Assembly: GCA_036524155.1 (NCBI GenBank)
Contig: DATDCV010000506.1
Location: 1,029-65,028, forward strand
Length of the DNA stretch: 64,000 nt
From: Verrucomicrobiia bacterium
Lineage (GTDB): Bacteria; Verrucomicrobiota; Verrucomicrobiia; Limisphaerales; UBA8199
Direction of reading: 5' to 3'
Position 1 is the first letter of the stretch, and every line of letters begins with the position of its first letter. Below the pieces are notes generated by a model. It had not been told where the DNA came from. It made no database searches and saw only the letters and a list, made by a program, of their open reading frames with translations. The position numbers were made by a program, and so were the translations under genes. Shown one piece after another: positions 35,152 through 43,384 of this stretch.

Positions 35152-36303
35152 ATGGCTGGGTACCTGATGAACCTGGATAACCTGGAATCCCTCCGACTCT
35201 ATATGAGGGCTGGAGTTTACGGGACCGTGCTGTCTCAACCCAACCGCCAGTGGCTGAAACACCATGAAGCCACGTTCGCCGACTACGTGACGATGAAGGC
35301 CGGGGACAACATATATTTCTTCATTGATCGGAAGATCTACGGCATCGGCCAGTTGGTGAACCTCGGCGGCGACTGCAAGTTTCTGAATTTCAAGGACGCC
35401 TGCACTCCTCAGGCCTTCACCTATGACGCTGTGAAGGCGGAATTGCTCTGGGACGAAGGGATCCTGAGCGCGAATCAGCGATGGATATGCGCATTCCGGC
35501 CATCTCCGCACTTCTTCCGGCGTGGGCTCGACATGGATGACATGTTGGCCTCGAACCCTTCAGCCTTCCGGACGCTTCGGGCCTTCTGGAAAGTCTCGTT
35601 TATTAAGCTTGACGACAACGAAAACCAGGCCTTTAAGGACGCTCTCCTCAAGCTCAATCAAGACGCGTTGCTGGCGCCGGATGCGGACCATGTGTTCGGA
35701 ACTGAGTGGCAAAGCCAACACGCGGCGCTGCACGCCCGAGTTCAAAGCTCGGATTACAGGCTGAAAGTCGCGCCGATGCTCGCTGCCTGCGCCGACGGCG
35801 ACCGTCTGCGGCACGAGATGGCAGTGGAAGCGGGTCTCCTGTACCAACTGGCATATTCGGATCCTCCGACGGAGGGGCTGTTCGGCAGTTGGGGGTTTTT
35901 GCACCACCAAGTGGTCGCCTCCCCGTTTAAACCCATAGATTACATGGACAGGATGGATCTGTTTGGCTACGCCTTCATTCCCGCGTTTGAGCCCACAAAG
36001 TCAAGGTTCCTGGTCGGCGAAATCAAGAAGGACGCCGGAACTACAGCAGATCTCGAGCAACTGCTGAAATACGTGGATTGGGTGAAGGATGAGTACGCTT
36101 TCGGTGATTACGGCATGATCAAAGCATACCTGATAGCCCATGACTTTGAGGGCTCGGTAATCGAAGGCCGGAAGGAAATTGCGACCCGGAGGTATATTGT
36201 TGGCCGAAGACCAGCCAAGTCGTGCGAGTGGTCGGATCTTTCTTTGGTGAAGTATGCGTATGACCCCGAGCAACAACGCCTGGCATTCACGATTGCCGAA
36301 TAG
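35152..36303 (+). CDS. Putative restriction endonuclease: N-terminal PUA-like (EVE/ASCH-type pattern) domain + C-terminal PD-(D/E)xK nuclease motif
   Basis: Located 10 nt after dam. N-terminus VYGTV...ATFADYVTMKAGDNIYFFIDRKIYGIGQLV. C-terminus HEMAVE ... MDLFGYAF (D, 35956-35958) ... FLVGEIKKD (E-x-K, 36019-36027). Confidence 0.6.
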   Translation: MAGYLMNLDNLESLRLYMRAGVYGTVLSQPNRQWLKHHEATFADYVTMKAGDNIYFFIDRKIYGIGQLVNLGGDCKFLNFKDACTPQAFTYDAVKAELLWDEGILSANQRWICAFRPSPHFFRRGLDMDDMLASNPSAFRTLRAFWKVSFIKLDDNENQAFKDALLKLNQDALLAPDADHVFGTEWQSQHAALHARVQSSDYRLKVAPMLAACADGDRLRHEMAVEAGLLYQLAYSDPPTEGLFGSWGFLHHQVVASPFKPIDYMDRMDLFGYAFIPAFEPTKSRFLVGEIKKDAGTTADLEQLLKYVDWVKDEYAFGDYGMIKAYLIAHDFEGSVIEGRKEIATRRYIVGRRPAKSCEWSDLSLVKYAYDPEQQRLAFTIAE

Positions 36304-36657
36304 TCTGAACCAGTGGCTAGCGGAGATTTACCTGAGCGTGTCAAAGTGAACCTTCCAGCGGGGGCGAAAAGGGTAAAGCCCTTGGCGCCTTTTCCGAAAA
36401 CGCCCGTTTTCGGCCAGCCTCGGAGCGGGGCGAAACATCACCCCGCTCATGAAAACAGCAAAAGGAAAAAGGGGCTCACACATAACGTCGCTAGACTCCC
36501 GGGCTGGATAGACTGCTCGGGAGGATGAACGACCGCGAGCTCGGCAAACGAATAGATTGCTCAGATTCGGCAGTGCGGTTGCGGCGGGGGCGGAGGCGAG
36601 TTGAACCGTTGAGACGCGGAAGTTTACGCAAAGGTGTGAATCTGATAATTCTCCGGC

Positions 36658-37170
36658 ATGGCACGCAATGAGCCATCCGATAGTTTGCCCTTAGCCGACG
36701 TCCTGCGCGCGGCGAACGATTTGGTGACCGCGGGGCTGATTAAGGACTGGGCGCTCGGCGGCGCGCTCGCGGCGATTTACTACGTCGAACCGTTCACCAC
36801 CTACGACGCCGACATTTTTTTCATCCCGAAGGATAATGGCCTGGCTTCGGGCATTCCCGCCATTTACGCGCACCTGCAGGCACAGGGCTGGGAAGTCGAA
36901 CGCGAACACCTGTTGGTGCGTGGATTCCCTGTGCAATTCCTCGCCGCCAGCGGTTTGACCGAGGAAGCAGTGCGCGAGGCCGAGCGCATTGATTATGAAG
37001 GCGTCCCCGCCAAAGTTTTCCGGGCCGAACACATTGTGGCCATCGCCGCCCGCGTGGGCCGCGCCAAGGACAAGGCGCGCATTGAGCAGTTACTCCAGCA
37101 GGCCGACCTGGACCAAAGCCGCTTGGAACATATCCTGCAACGGCATAAACTGAAACTGCCGAAGCCATGA
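36658..37170 (+). CDS. Minimal nucleotidyltransferase-fold protein (MNT/AbiEii-like pattern), hypothetical
   Basis: DWALGGALAAIYYVEPFTTYDADIFF fits hG[GS]-x(n)-D-x-D of the pol-beta NTase fold. 170 aa. Confidence 0.5.
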   Translation: MARNEPSDSLPLADVLRAANDLVTAGLIKDWALGGALAAIYYVEPFTTYDADIFFIPKDNGLASGIPAIYAHLQAQGWEVEREHLLVRGFPVQFLAASGLTEEAVREAERIDYEGVPAKVFRAEHIVAIAARVGRAKDKARIEQLLQQADLDQSRLEHILQRHKLKLPKP

Positions 37171-37325
37171 ACGCCGAAATGCGACAGAAACTGGCGCGCG
37201 AACCGTTTGCGGAAAAGATCCGCAAAGTGGCGCAACTCATTCGCCTGGCCAAAACCTTCCCGCGGCGTCCACGATTAACCCGGTCGCGCCCTCACACAAA
37301 CGGGGCAAAAGGGGTTCACCCCTAG
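37167..37325 (+). CDS. Small ORF (52 aa) overlapping the previous stop by ATGA, hypothetical
   Basis: ATGA overlap at 37167-37170. MNAEMRQKLAREPFAEKIRKVAQLIRLAKTFP... The 3' third runs into the R2 repeat, so the end is doubtful. Confidence 0.3.
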   Translation: MNAEMRQKLAREPFAEKIRKVAQLIRLAKTFPRRPRLTRSRPHTNGAKGVHP

Positions 37326-37373
37326 CCTGGTTCATTTTCCTCCTGAACTTGCGGTTTGGCGGATGGACGGCAC
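37306..37373 (+). repeat. R2 repeat, copy 2
   Basis: CAAAAGGGGTTCACCCCTAGCCTGGTTCATTTTCCTCCTGAACTTGCGGTTTGGCGGATGGACGGCAC. It overlaps the 3' end of the minus-strand ORF 37332-37565. Confidence 0.8.
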
Positions 37374-37565
37374 CACGACCTCTACCTGGCGGGTCTCTCC
37401 AGGCTGGATTTCGACTGTTTGCACGTGAGAACCGAAACTGCTCTCCGAAGCGGTCGATTTGCGCCAGACAACGATGTCCAGGCTGCCGGTGGGAACTTGC
37501 GGGAAAATGAAACGGCCGTTTTCATCCGTCGTCGTTCGGTACGCGGGGTATTCTAGATCCATCAT
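37332..37565 (-). CDS. Small carboxypeptidase-regulatory-like (CarboxypepD_reg) domain ORF, possibly a fragment
   Basis: TDENGRFIFPQVPTGSLDIVVWRKS...QPGETRQVEVVV is the CarboxypepD_reg pattern. No signal peptide. Starts 6 nt after the NHL gene stop. Confidence 0.45.
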   Translation of the reverse strand: MMDLEYPAYRTTTDENGRFIFPQVPTGSLDIVVWRKSTASESSFGSHVQTVEIQPGETRQVEVVVPSIRQTASSGGK

Positions 37566-37571
37566 TGAGGA

Positions 37572-40235
37572 TCAGGGCGCAGTGGCGCGATAGAAGCGGG
37601 CCTGGAGGGCGGCGTGGGTGTCGGTGAAGGTCCATTTACCGGTGGCCTCGGCGGGGTGGGTGGATACGGTTTGCCAGGTGACCGGTTCGGCGAGGCTGGT
37701 TGTAGTTTGGAGGCTGTAGAAAGCTCCGGGAGCGGCAGACATGAACAAGCTCACCGTGCCGTCAGGGTTTAGGCAAGCTTGCAGCCGAGGCAGCGCTACG
37801 GTGACAGTGGCCACGTAGCTGGTGACACTGCCATAGGCGTTCATGATTATCACATCATAATCGCAGGCATTGGCGAGCGTGACATTGTTCAGAGCCAGGT
37901 TGGGGCCGGGAGCCGGCAGCATGCGCACGCGATGGTTGCCGGAATCAGCAAAGAACAGGTTACCCTGGGGGTCCATGGCCAGGCCACCGGGGTAGCAGAT
38001 GCTGGCGTTAGTTGGCGCGTTATTGTTGGCATATCCGAGGTTGCCGTCGCCTACTACGGTAGTGATGATGCCGTTGGTATCGACCTTACGAATACGTTGG
38101 TTTTCGGAATCGGAAATGAACAGGTTGCCCTCGCGATCCACCAGCACCCTGGCAGGTCCCCACAAGTTGGCGGACGTCGCCGGACCGTCGTCGCCGCCGT
38201 AGGTTCCGAGATCTGGCGGACTGGGGCCAACGCCGGCGACAGTGCCGATGATGCCATTGGTGTCCACGCTGCGGATCCGGTTGTTGAAGTAGTCCGCAAT
38301 GAGCACATTGCCGGTGCCATCCAGAGCAATGCCGACCGGGTTGTATAGAGTGGAATTGGTGGCCGCGTCGCCATCGCCGGAGTAACCGCGGCCGGCGTTG
38401 CCGGCAATCGTCGTAAGAATGCCGTTGGTGTCTACCCGGAAGACCCGGTTGATGTTGCCATCCGCGATCAACAGGTTGCCGCCGGCATCCAGCGCCACGT
38501 CGTCGGGAAAATCCAATGGCGCGTTCGTTGCCGGTTGGCCGCTCACCGGCACACTGCCGAACCCGGTGCCAGCCACCGTGGCGATGATCCCGTTGGTATT
38601 CACCTGGCGGATGCGGTGATTGTTGACGTCCGCAATGAACAGGTTGCCGGCAGGGTCCACGGCCACACCTGCGGGCGAATACAGGCTGGTATTGGTAGCG
38701 GCAACACCGTCGCCGGAGTATCCGGAATTGGTGTTGCCGGCTACGGTGGTAATGAGGCCGTCCGGGCTGACCTTTCGGACGCGGTCGTTTCGGCTTTCCG
38801 CAATGAACAGATTACCCAGGGAGTCAAACGCCAGGCCGAAGGGAGTCGCCAAGGTAGCTTTGGTGGCTGGACCGCCATCGCCCCCGAAAGATCCGAACCC
38901 GGTGCCCGCCACGGTACTAATCAAGCCGTCGGGCGTCACTTTGCGGATCCGGTTGTTACCGGCATCGGCGATGAACAGGTTCCCAGCGCCGTCGAGGGCA
39001 ACGCCGGACGGCCCGCTAAACGTCGCGTTGGTAGCGGCACCGCCATCGCCAGAAAAACCGTAGGTGCTCTTGCCGGCGACGAGGGTCGTGGCACCATTGG
39101 TGGCAACGCGCCATACCCGCTCGCCGCTCTCGTCCGCGACGACGAAGTTGCCGAGCGCATCCAGGCAAAAGCCAACCATGCTGGAGACGCTGGCACTGGC
39201 TGCAAGGCTAGTGATGATGCCGTTGGTGATCCGGCGAATGCGGTTGTTGCCCTCGTCCAGGATGAATATGGCGCCGGCAGAATCCACAGCCACACCGACG
39301 GGGCTGCTGAGGCTGGCATTGGTCGCCCATCCGCGGTCACCTGAATAACCGGAGTTTCCGTTGCCGGCTATGGTGGTGATGATTCCGTTTGCATCTACCT
39401 TTCGGATGCGATCATTGTAGTTATCAGCGATAAAGAGGTTCCCCTCGGAATCCAGGGCCACTCCCGCGGGCCGGTTCAACCCCGCGTCGACCGCCGGGCC
39501 GCCATCACCGGAGTAGGTGCCGTAATAAATCGAGCCGAAATGGACAGTTGCCCCGTTGCCCGCGACGGTGGTGATGATCCCATTCGTATCTACCTTCCGC
39601 ACGCGATGGTTATAGCTATCCGCGATGAACACCGTCCCATCACCGCTTACCGCGACGCCTGCCGGTAGATACAGGCTGGCATTGGTAGCCGGGCCGCCGT
39701 CACCGGAATAAGCCCCACGGAACGTGCTGGCGAGCAAACCATTTCCTGCCACGGTGGTGATGGCGCCATTGGTGTCGAGGCGGCGAACCCGATTATTGTA
39801 CCAGTCAGCAATGAACAACCGGCCGTTTGCGTCGGTGGCCAGCGCGCGAGGCATAAAGAGGACCGCATTGGTCGCCACACCGCCATCACCACAGCCACCG
39901 CCGGCAACCGTGGTAATAACGCGCGGAACGTTGGTCCCATTACAGCGCCACTGGTAAGTGAAGGGGCCGGGGCCGGAGGCCACGACTGTCAGGGTGGTGC
40001 GGCCTCCGCTGATTACCGTTTGACTGATCGGCTGGAGGATGATGGTGGGAGCAGTCTGGGCCACGACGTGACCGGTCAGGAGCAGAGTGACAAATGCAGC
40101 CGTAATTCTCCAGTTGCCGCTCAGGCAACCTTCCTTTTCGGGACGGTCTTCTACGTGCCCGCTACCTTTCAACGCTGTCGAGCTTAGAAAGCCATTTGGT
40201 TCCCGCAAAGACATTTCGCCGTTGAGAACGCGCAT
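37572..40235 (-). CDS. Secreted NHL-repeat beta-propeller protein with Ig-like domains and FYR-type tail
   Basis: More than 15 repeats of P.GVA.D..GNLFIAD..N.RIRKV..NGIITTVAG.G..GYSGDGG.AT.A.L. Ig-like PFTYQWRCNG. Tail FYSLQTTTSLAEPVTWQTV...ARFYRATAP. The true start is uncertain. Confidence 0.88.
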   Translation of the reverse strand: MRVLNGEMSLREPNGFLSSTALKGSGHVEDRPEKEGCLSGNWRITAAFVTLLLTGHVVAQTAPTIILQPISQTVISGGRTTLTVVASGPGPFTYQWRCNGTNVPRVITTVAGGGCGDGGVATNAVLFMPRALATDANGRLFIADWYNNRVRRLDTNGAITTVAGNGLLASTFRGAYSGDGGPATNASLYLPAGVAVSGDGTVFIADSYNHRVRKVDTNGIITTVAGNGATVHFGSIYYGTYSGDGGPAVDAGLNRPAGVALDSEGNLFIADNYNDRIRKVDANGIITTIAGNGNSGYSGDRGWATNASLSSPVGVAVDSAGAIFILDEGNNRIRRITNGIITSLAASASVSSMVGFCLDALGNFVVADESGERVWRVATNGATTLVAGKSTYGFSGDGGAATNATFSGPSGVALDGAGNLFIADAGNNRIRKVTPDGLISTVAGTGFGSFGGDGGPATKATLATPFGLAFDSLGNLFIAESRNDRVRKVSPDGLITTVAGNTNSGYSGDGVAATNTSLYSPAGVAVDPAGNLFIADVNNHRIRQVNTNGIIATVAGTGFGSVPVSGQPATNAPLDFPDDVALDAGGNLLIADGNINRVFRVDTNGILTTIAGNAGRGYSGDGDAATNSTLYNPVGIALDGTGNVLIADYFNNRIRSVDTNGIIGTVAGVGPSPPDLGTYGGDDGPATSANLWGPARVLVDREGNLFISDSENQRIRKVDTNGIITTVVGDGNLGYANNNAPTNASICYPGGLAMDPQGNLFFADSGNHRVRMLPAPGPNLALNNVTLANACDYDVIIMNAYGSVTSYVATVTVALPRLQACLNPDGTVSLFMSAAPGAFYSLQTTTSLAEPVTWQTVSTHPAEATGKWTFTDTHAALQARFYRATAP

Positions 40236-40338
40236 TTGATCGCTCGCGGCACCCCTTCGCCTGCATCGGTTGTACTTGAACTTTTTCTAATGCATGCATT
40301 TAGCTTGAGTTGCGGCGTGGCCGGACTATTTTCATGAT

Positions 40339-41205
40339 GTGATCCCTGTGGTTCTCAAGCCGGGCTTCCCGAAAAAGGGATCGCCCGGAAGTGTCACCTG
40401 CGCGCAGGCAAGAGCCTTCACGTTAATCGAGCTCCTGGTCGTTATCGCTATTATTGCGATTTTGGCAGCGATGCTCCTTCCCGCGCTGTCCCGCATGAAA
40501 GAGAAGGGCAAGCAGACCAGTTGCTTGAATAACCTGCGCCAGATGGGCCTGGCCGCATTCCTGTATGCTCACGACAACCAGGATAAGCTTCCGCCGCCGG
40601 AGTTTGATCCGGACCGCATTCCGGGCTCCAATCCGTGGCGCGGGTATTTGCTCTTTTGGGATCCGGGGAAAATGGGGCAGCCCGCTCGTTCGGAAGCGGC
40701 GGTGAATCTGGGGCTTCTTTACGTCGGGAATTATCTGCGGGCTCCACTGATCTACTACTGTCCCAGCCTCAGACACGCGCCCGGACTAAGAGTTGTTTTT
40801 GAGAAGAAGTATTTTGAAAGTCCCACCGTTCCGTGGCCGATGTACTCCGTCGACGGCCAGGTGAATACGACCTACACCTATTTCCCGCAAACGGATGTGC
40901 TCTCGATCCGCGGGGATGAAGCGAGCCTGGGCTGGACGCAAGTAGCCAACAAGCAGACGCAGTTGAGCGCGAAACGCTCGATGATGACCGATTTGATTTA
41001 TACCTGGGGCACGCTGGCCCATACCTCGGGCAAAAATCCTTTCGGCGTGAATGTGCTATGGGGAGACGGCCACATCAATTTCTGCAAAACGCCGGCCGCA
41101 TTTAATCCGACTCTTTGGGGCGGCACCGGCGCCAACCCCACAACCGAAACCCCCGGCGATAACGCAACCCACTGGCGGACCATTGTCTCGTTCCTACGAC
41201 CCTAG
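40339..41205 (+). CDS. Prepilin-type N-terminal cleavage/methylation domain protein, DUF1559 / H-X9-DG family
   Basis: [41 protein letters not shown] and C-terminal [11 protein letters not shown]. Confidence 0.88.
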   Translation: MIPVVLKPGFPKKGSPGSVTCAQARAFTLIELLVVIAIIAILAAMLLPALSRMKEKGKQTSCLNNLRQMGLAAFLYAHDNQDKLPPPEFDPDRIPGSNPWRGYLLFWDPGKMGQPARSEAAVNLGLLYVGNYLRAPLIYYCPSLRHAPGLRVVFEKKYFESPTVPWPMYSVDGQVNTTYTYFPQTDVLSIRGDEASLGWTQVANKQTQLSAKRSMMTDLIYTWGTLAHTSGKNPFGVNVLWGDGHINFCKTPAAFNPTLWGGTGANPTTETPGDNATHWRTIVSFLRP

Positions 41206-41234
41206 CGACCGCCAGAGCCTCGGCAACCACGGCG

Positions 41235-41273
41235 CAAAAGGGGTTCACCCATAGCCCGGTTCATTTCCCTTCC
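41235..41273 (+). repeat. R2 repeat, copy 3 (partial)
   Basis: CAAAAGGGGTTCACCCATAGCCCGGTTCATTTCCCTTC matches the first ~38 nt of copies 1 and 2. Confidence 0.7.
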
Positions 41274-41370
41274 GCTTTGGTAAAACAGTTCATCCGCGCA
41301 GAAACAGGACGGAACGTGATCGGGCCGGGCCGGTCCAAAATAGCGAACTATTTACAGCACGAAACCGAGC

Positions 41371-43260
41371 ATGAAGAACGGCCTGCTGTCAGCGTGCTTG
41401 CTGATGGGCTTGAGCGTGTTGCCGGCGTTGGGGGTAGAGACCAACAGCGGACCCCATTCCATTTCGGAGCTCCGAAAGGCGATAGAATCAATCCTCAAGG
41501 AAACTAAAACGCCGGGCGCGGCCATCGCCATCGTCACGAGCAACCAGGTCGAGTGGCTGGCCGGCATCGGCAAGGCTGACGTGGCCGCCGATCTGCCGGT
41601 GACGCCGGACACGCTTTTCCGACTCGGCTCGGTTTCCAAGGGGTTTGTCGCACTGGCCGCACTGCAATTGCAGGAGGCCGGCAAGCTCAAGTTGACCGAC
41701 ACCGTACGGCAATGGGTGCCCGACGTGGCGTTTGTGAATCCGTGGGAAGTTACCAATCCCGTGCGGCTTGTGCACTTGATGGAACACACGTCCGGCTTCG
41801 ACGACATGCACCTGCGTGAGTATGCGCTCAACGACCCGGCGATGACCTTGAACGCCGCACTGGCTTATGGGGCGTCGTCGCGCGTGTGCCGCTGGCCACC
41901 GGGCACCCGCCTGGCTTACTGCAATTCCGGTCCGGGCGTCGTGGCGGCGGTGATTGAAAAAGCTTCCGGCGAGCGTTTTGAAGATTATGTCCAGAAACAC
42001 ATCTTCCATCCGCTGCACATGGACGGCGCAAGTTACGTTTATACACCTGAGGTGCAACGGCGGCTGAGCAAATTGTATCGGCCCGATGGGGTCACGCCCT
42101 ATCCCTACTGGCATGTCGGCCTGCGGCCGACCGCCGGGCTGAACGCGTCAGCGCGCGACATGGTGAATTATCTTCGCTTCCTGCTTCAACGCGGCAGTCT
42201 CGACGGCACGCAAGTGTTGCAGGCTGCATCCATCGAGCGCATGGAACGGGGAGAGACAACCCCGGCGGTCAAATTGGGCCGCGTGGTTCAATACGGTTTG
42301 TTCAATTACGAATACATCCACGGTCCTTTTGTGTTTCACGGCCACAACGGGGCCGTGATGGGCGATATCACGCAGATGGGATATTTGCCCGGCCAGGGCT
42401 GCGGCTACGTGGTGATGATCAATTCCGGAAGTTCCATTGCCGCGTGGCGGATTGCCAGCCTGGTGCGTGACTATTTGCGAGCCCGGTTAACTCCGCCGCC
42501 GCTGCCGCCGGTGGTGCGAGTGCCCGACCAACTCAAGCAGCATTATGCCGGCTATTACCAGAACATCACCCCCATGATGCAGTGGTCCCAAGGCATAAAC
42601 CGGTGGCTGAATGCCCGCACACTCACCGTCACCTCAAACGGGTTTTCGGTTAGTCTTCACGGATTCTACAAGCATCGCGTACTCCCGGTGACGGAACGGT
42701 TGTATCGCGATGAGAATGCTTCTTTGGCCACCATCGCCTTGCTGCCCGACACGGATGGACACACCTTGATTCAATGCCGCTTGGACACCTACGAGCGAAT
42801 TCCGGCGCTGGAATACTGGGCGCAGATGGCTGGCATAGCCCTGGTGTGTGCGGTGGTCGTGAGCTCGTTGGTCATGGCTCCGATTTGGATGGTGAGGCGT
42901 TGGCTGGGCAAATCCCGCAATCCCGGGCCATTATCGGTGCGTCTCCTGCCGCTGGTCAGCGTCGTCCTGCTCGTAGCGTTTGCGGTGTTGCTCGGCAGCG
43001 GATTTCGCGGTTTTCTGTCGGGCAGATATATTGACGATGCCAGCGTAGGCACTCCGAACTTTCAAACGGTAAGCCTCTGGTTGGTAAGCCTGGGATTTCC
43101 GCTGACGGCTGCCGCAAGTCTGTATGTCGTGTGGCGCGAGCGGCACACACCCATGAAACGCGCGGCTTACTGGTATTCGTTCCTGGTCGCATTGACGATG
43201 GCGGCGGCGGCGGTTTATCACGGCTGGTGGGGCCTGATTGGACTGCGCCTTTGGACGTAA
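41371..43260 (+). CDS. Beta-lactamase-fold serine hydrolase (class C/PBP-like) with C-terminal multi-TM domain
   Basis: Signal peptide. S-x-x-K in FRLGSVSKGF, Y-x-N in AYCNSGPG, HNGAVMG. Four C-terminal hydrophobic helices. Confidence 0.82.
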   Translation: MKNGLLSACLLMGLSVLPALGVETNSGPHSISELRKAIESILKETKTPGAAIAIVTSNQVEWLAGIGKADVAADLPVTPDTLFRLGSVSKGFVALAALQLQEAGKLKLTDTVRQWVPDVAFVNPWEVTNPVRLVHLMEHTSGFDDMHLREYALNDPAMTLNAALAYGASSRVCRWPPGTRLAYCNSGPGVVAAVIEKASGERFEDYVQKHIFHPLHMDGASYVYTPEVQRRLSKLYRPDGVTPYPYWHVGLRPTAGLNASARDMVNYLRFLLQRGSLDGTQVLQAASIERMERGETTPAVKLGRVVQYGLFNYEYIHGPFVFHGHNGAVMGDITQMGYLPGQGCGYVVMINSGSSIAAWRIASLVRDYLRARLTPPPLPPVVRVPDQLKQHYAGYYQNITPMMQWSQGINRWLNARTLTVTSNGFSVSLHGFYKHRVLPVTERLYRDENASLATIALLPDTDGHTLIQCRLDTYERIPALEYWAQMAGIALVCAVVVSSLVMAPIWMVRRWLGKSRNPGPLSVRLLPLVSVVLLVAFAVLLGSGFRGFLSGRYIDDASVGTPNFQTVSLWLVSLGFPLTAAASLYVVWRERHTPMKRAAYWYSFLVALTMAAAAVYHGWWGLIGLRLWT

Positions 43261-43384
43261 CAGCTCCAACAGAAACCAGAGCCTCAGTGCAAGCCACTTT
43301 TCCCGGGCCAAGGGTTGGCGCTTGACAGATCGGCCACATTGTATTCTGCTGCCCGAAGTTCAATCAGGAAGCGCAGGTTCAATT

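Noticed and set aside
43238-43384. An earlier start for the redoxin fusion gene, overlapping the stop of the upstream hydrolase
   Set aside because: No signal-like sequence is present until after ATG 43385, and the extension overlaps the previous gene. The internal start was preferred, but this is not proven.
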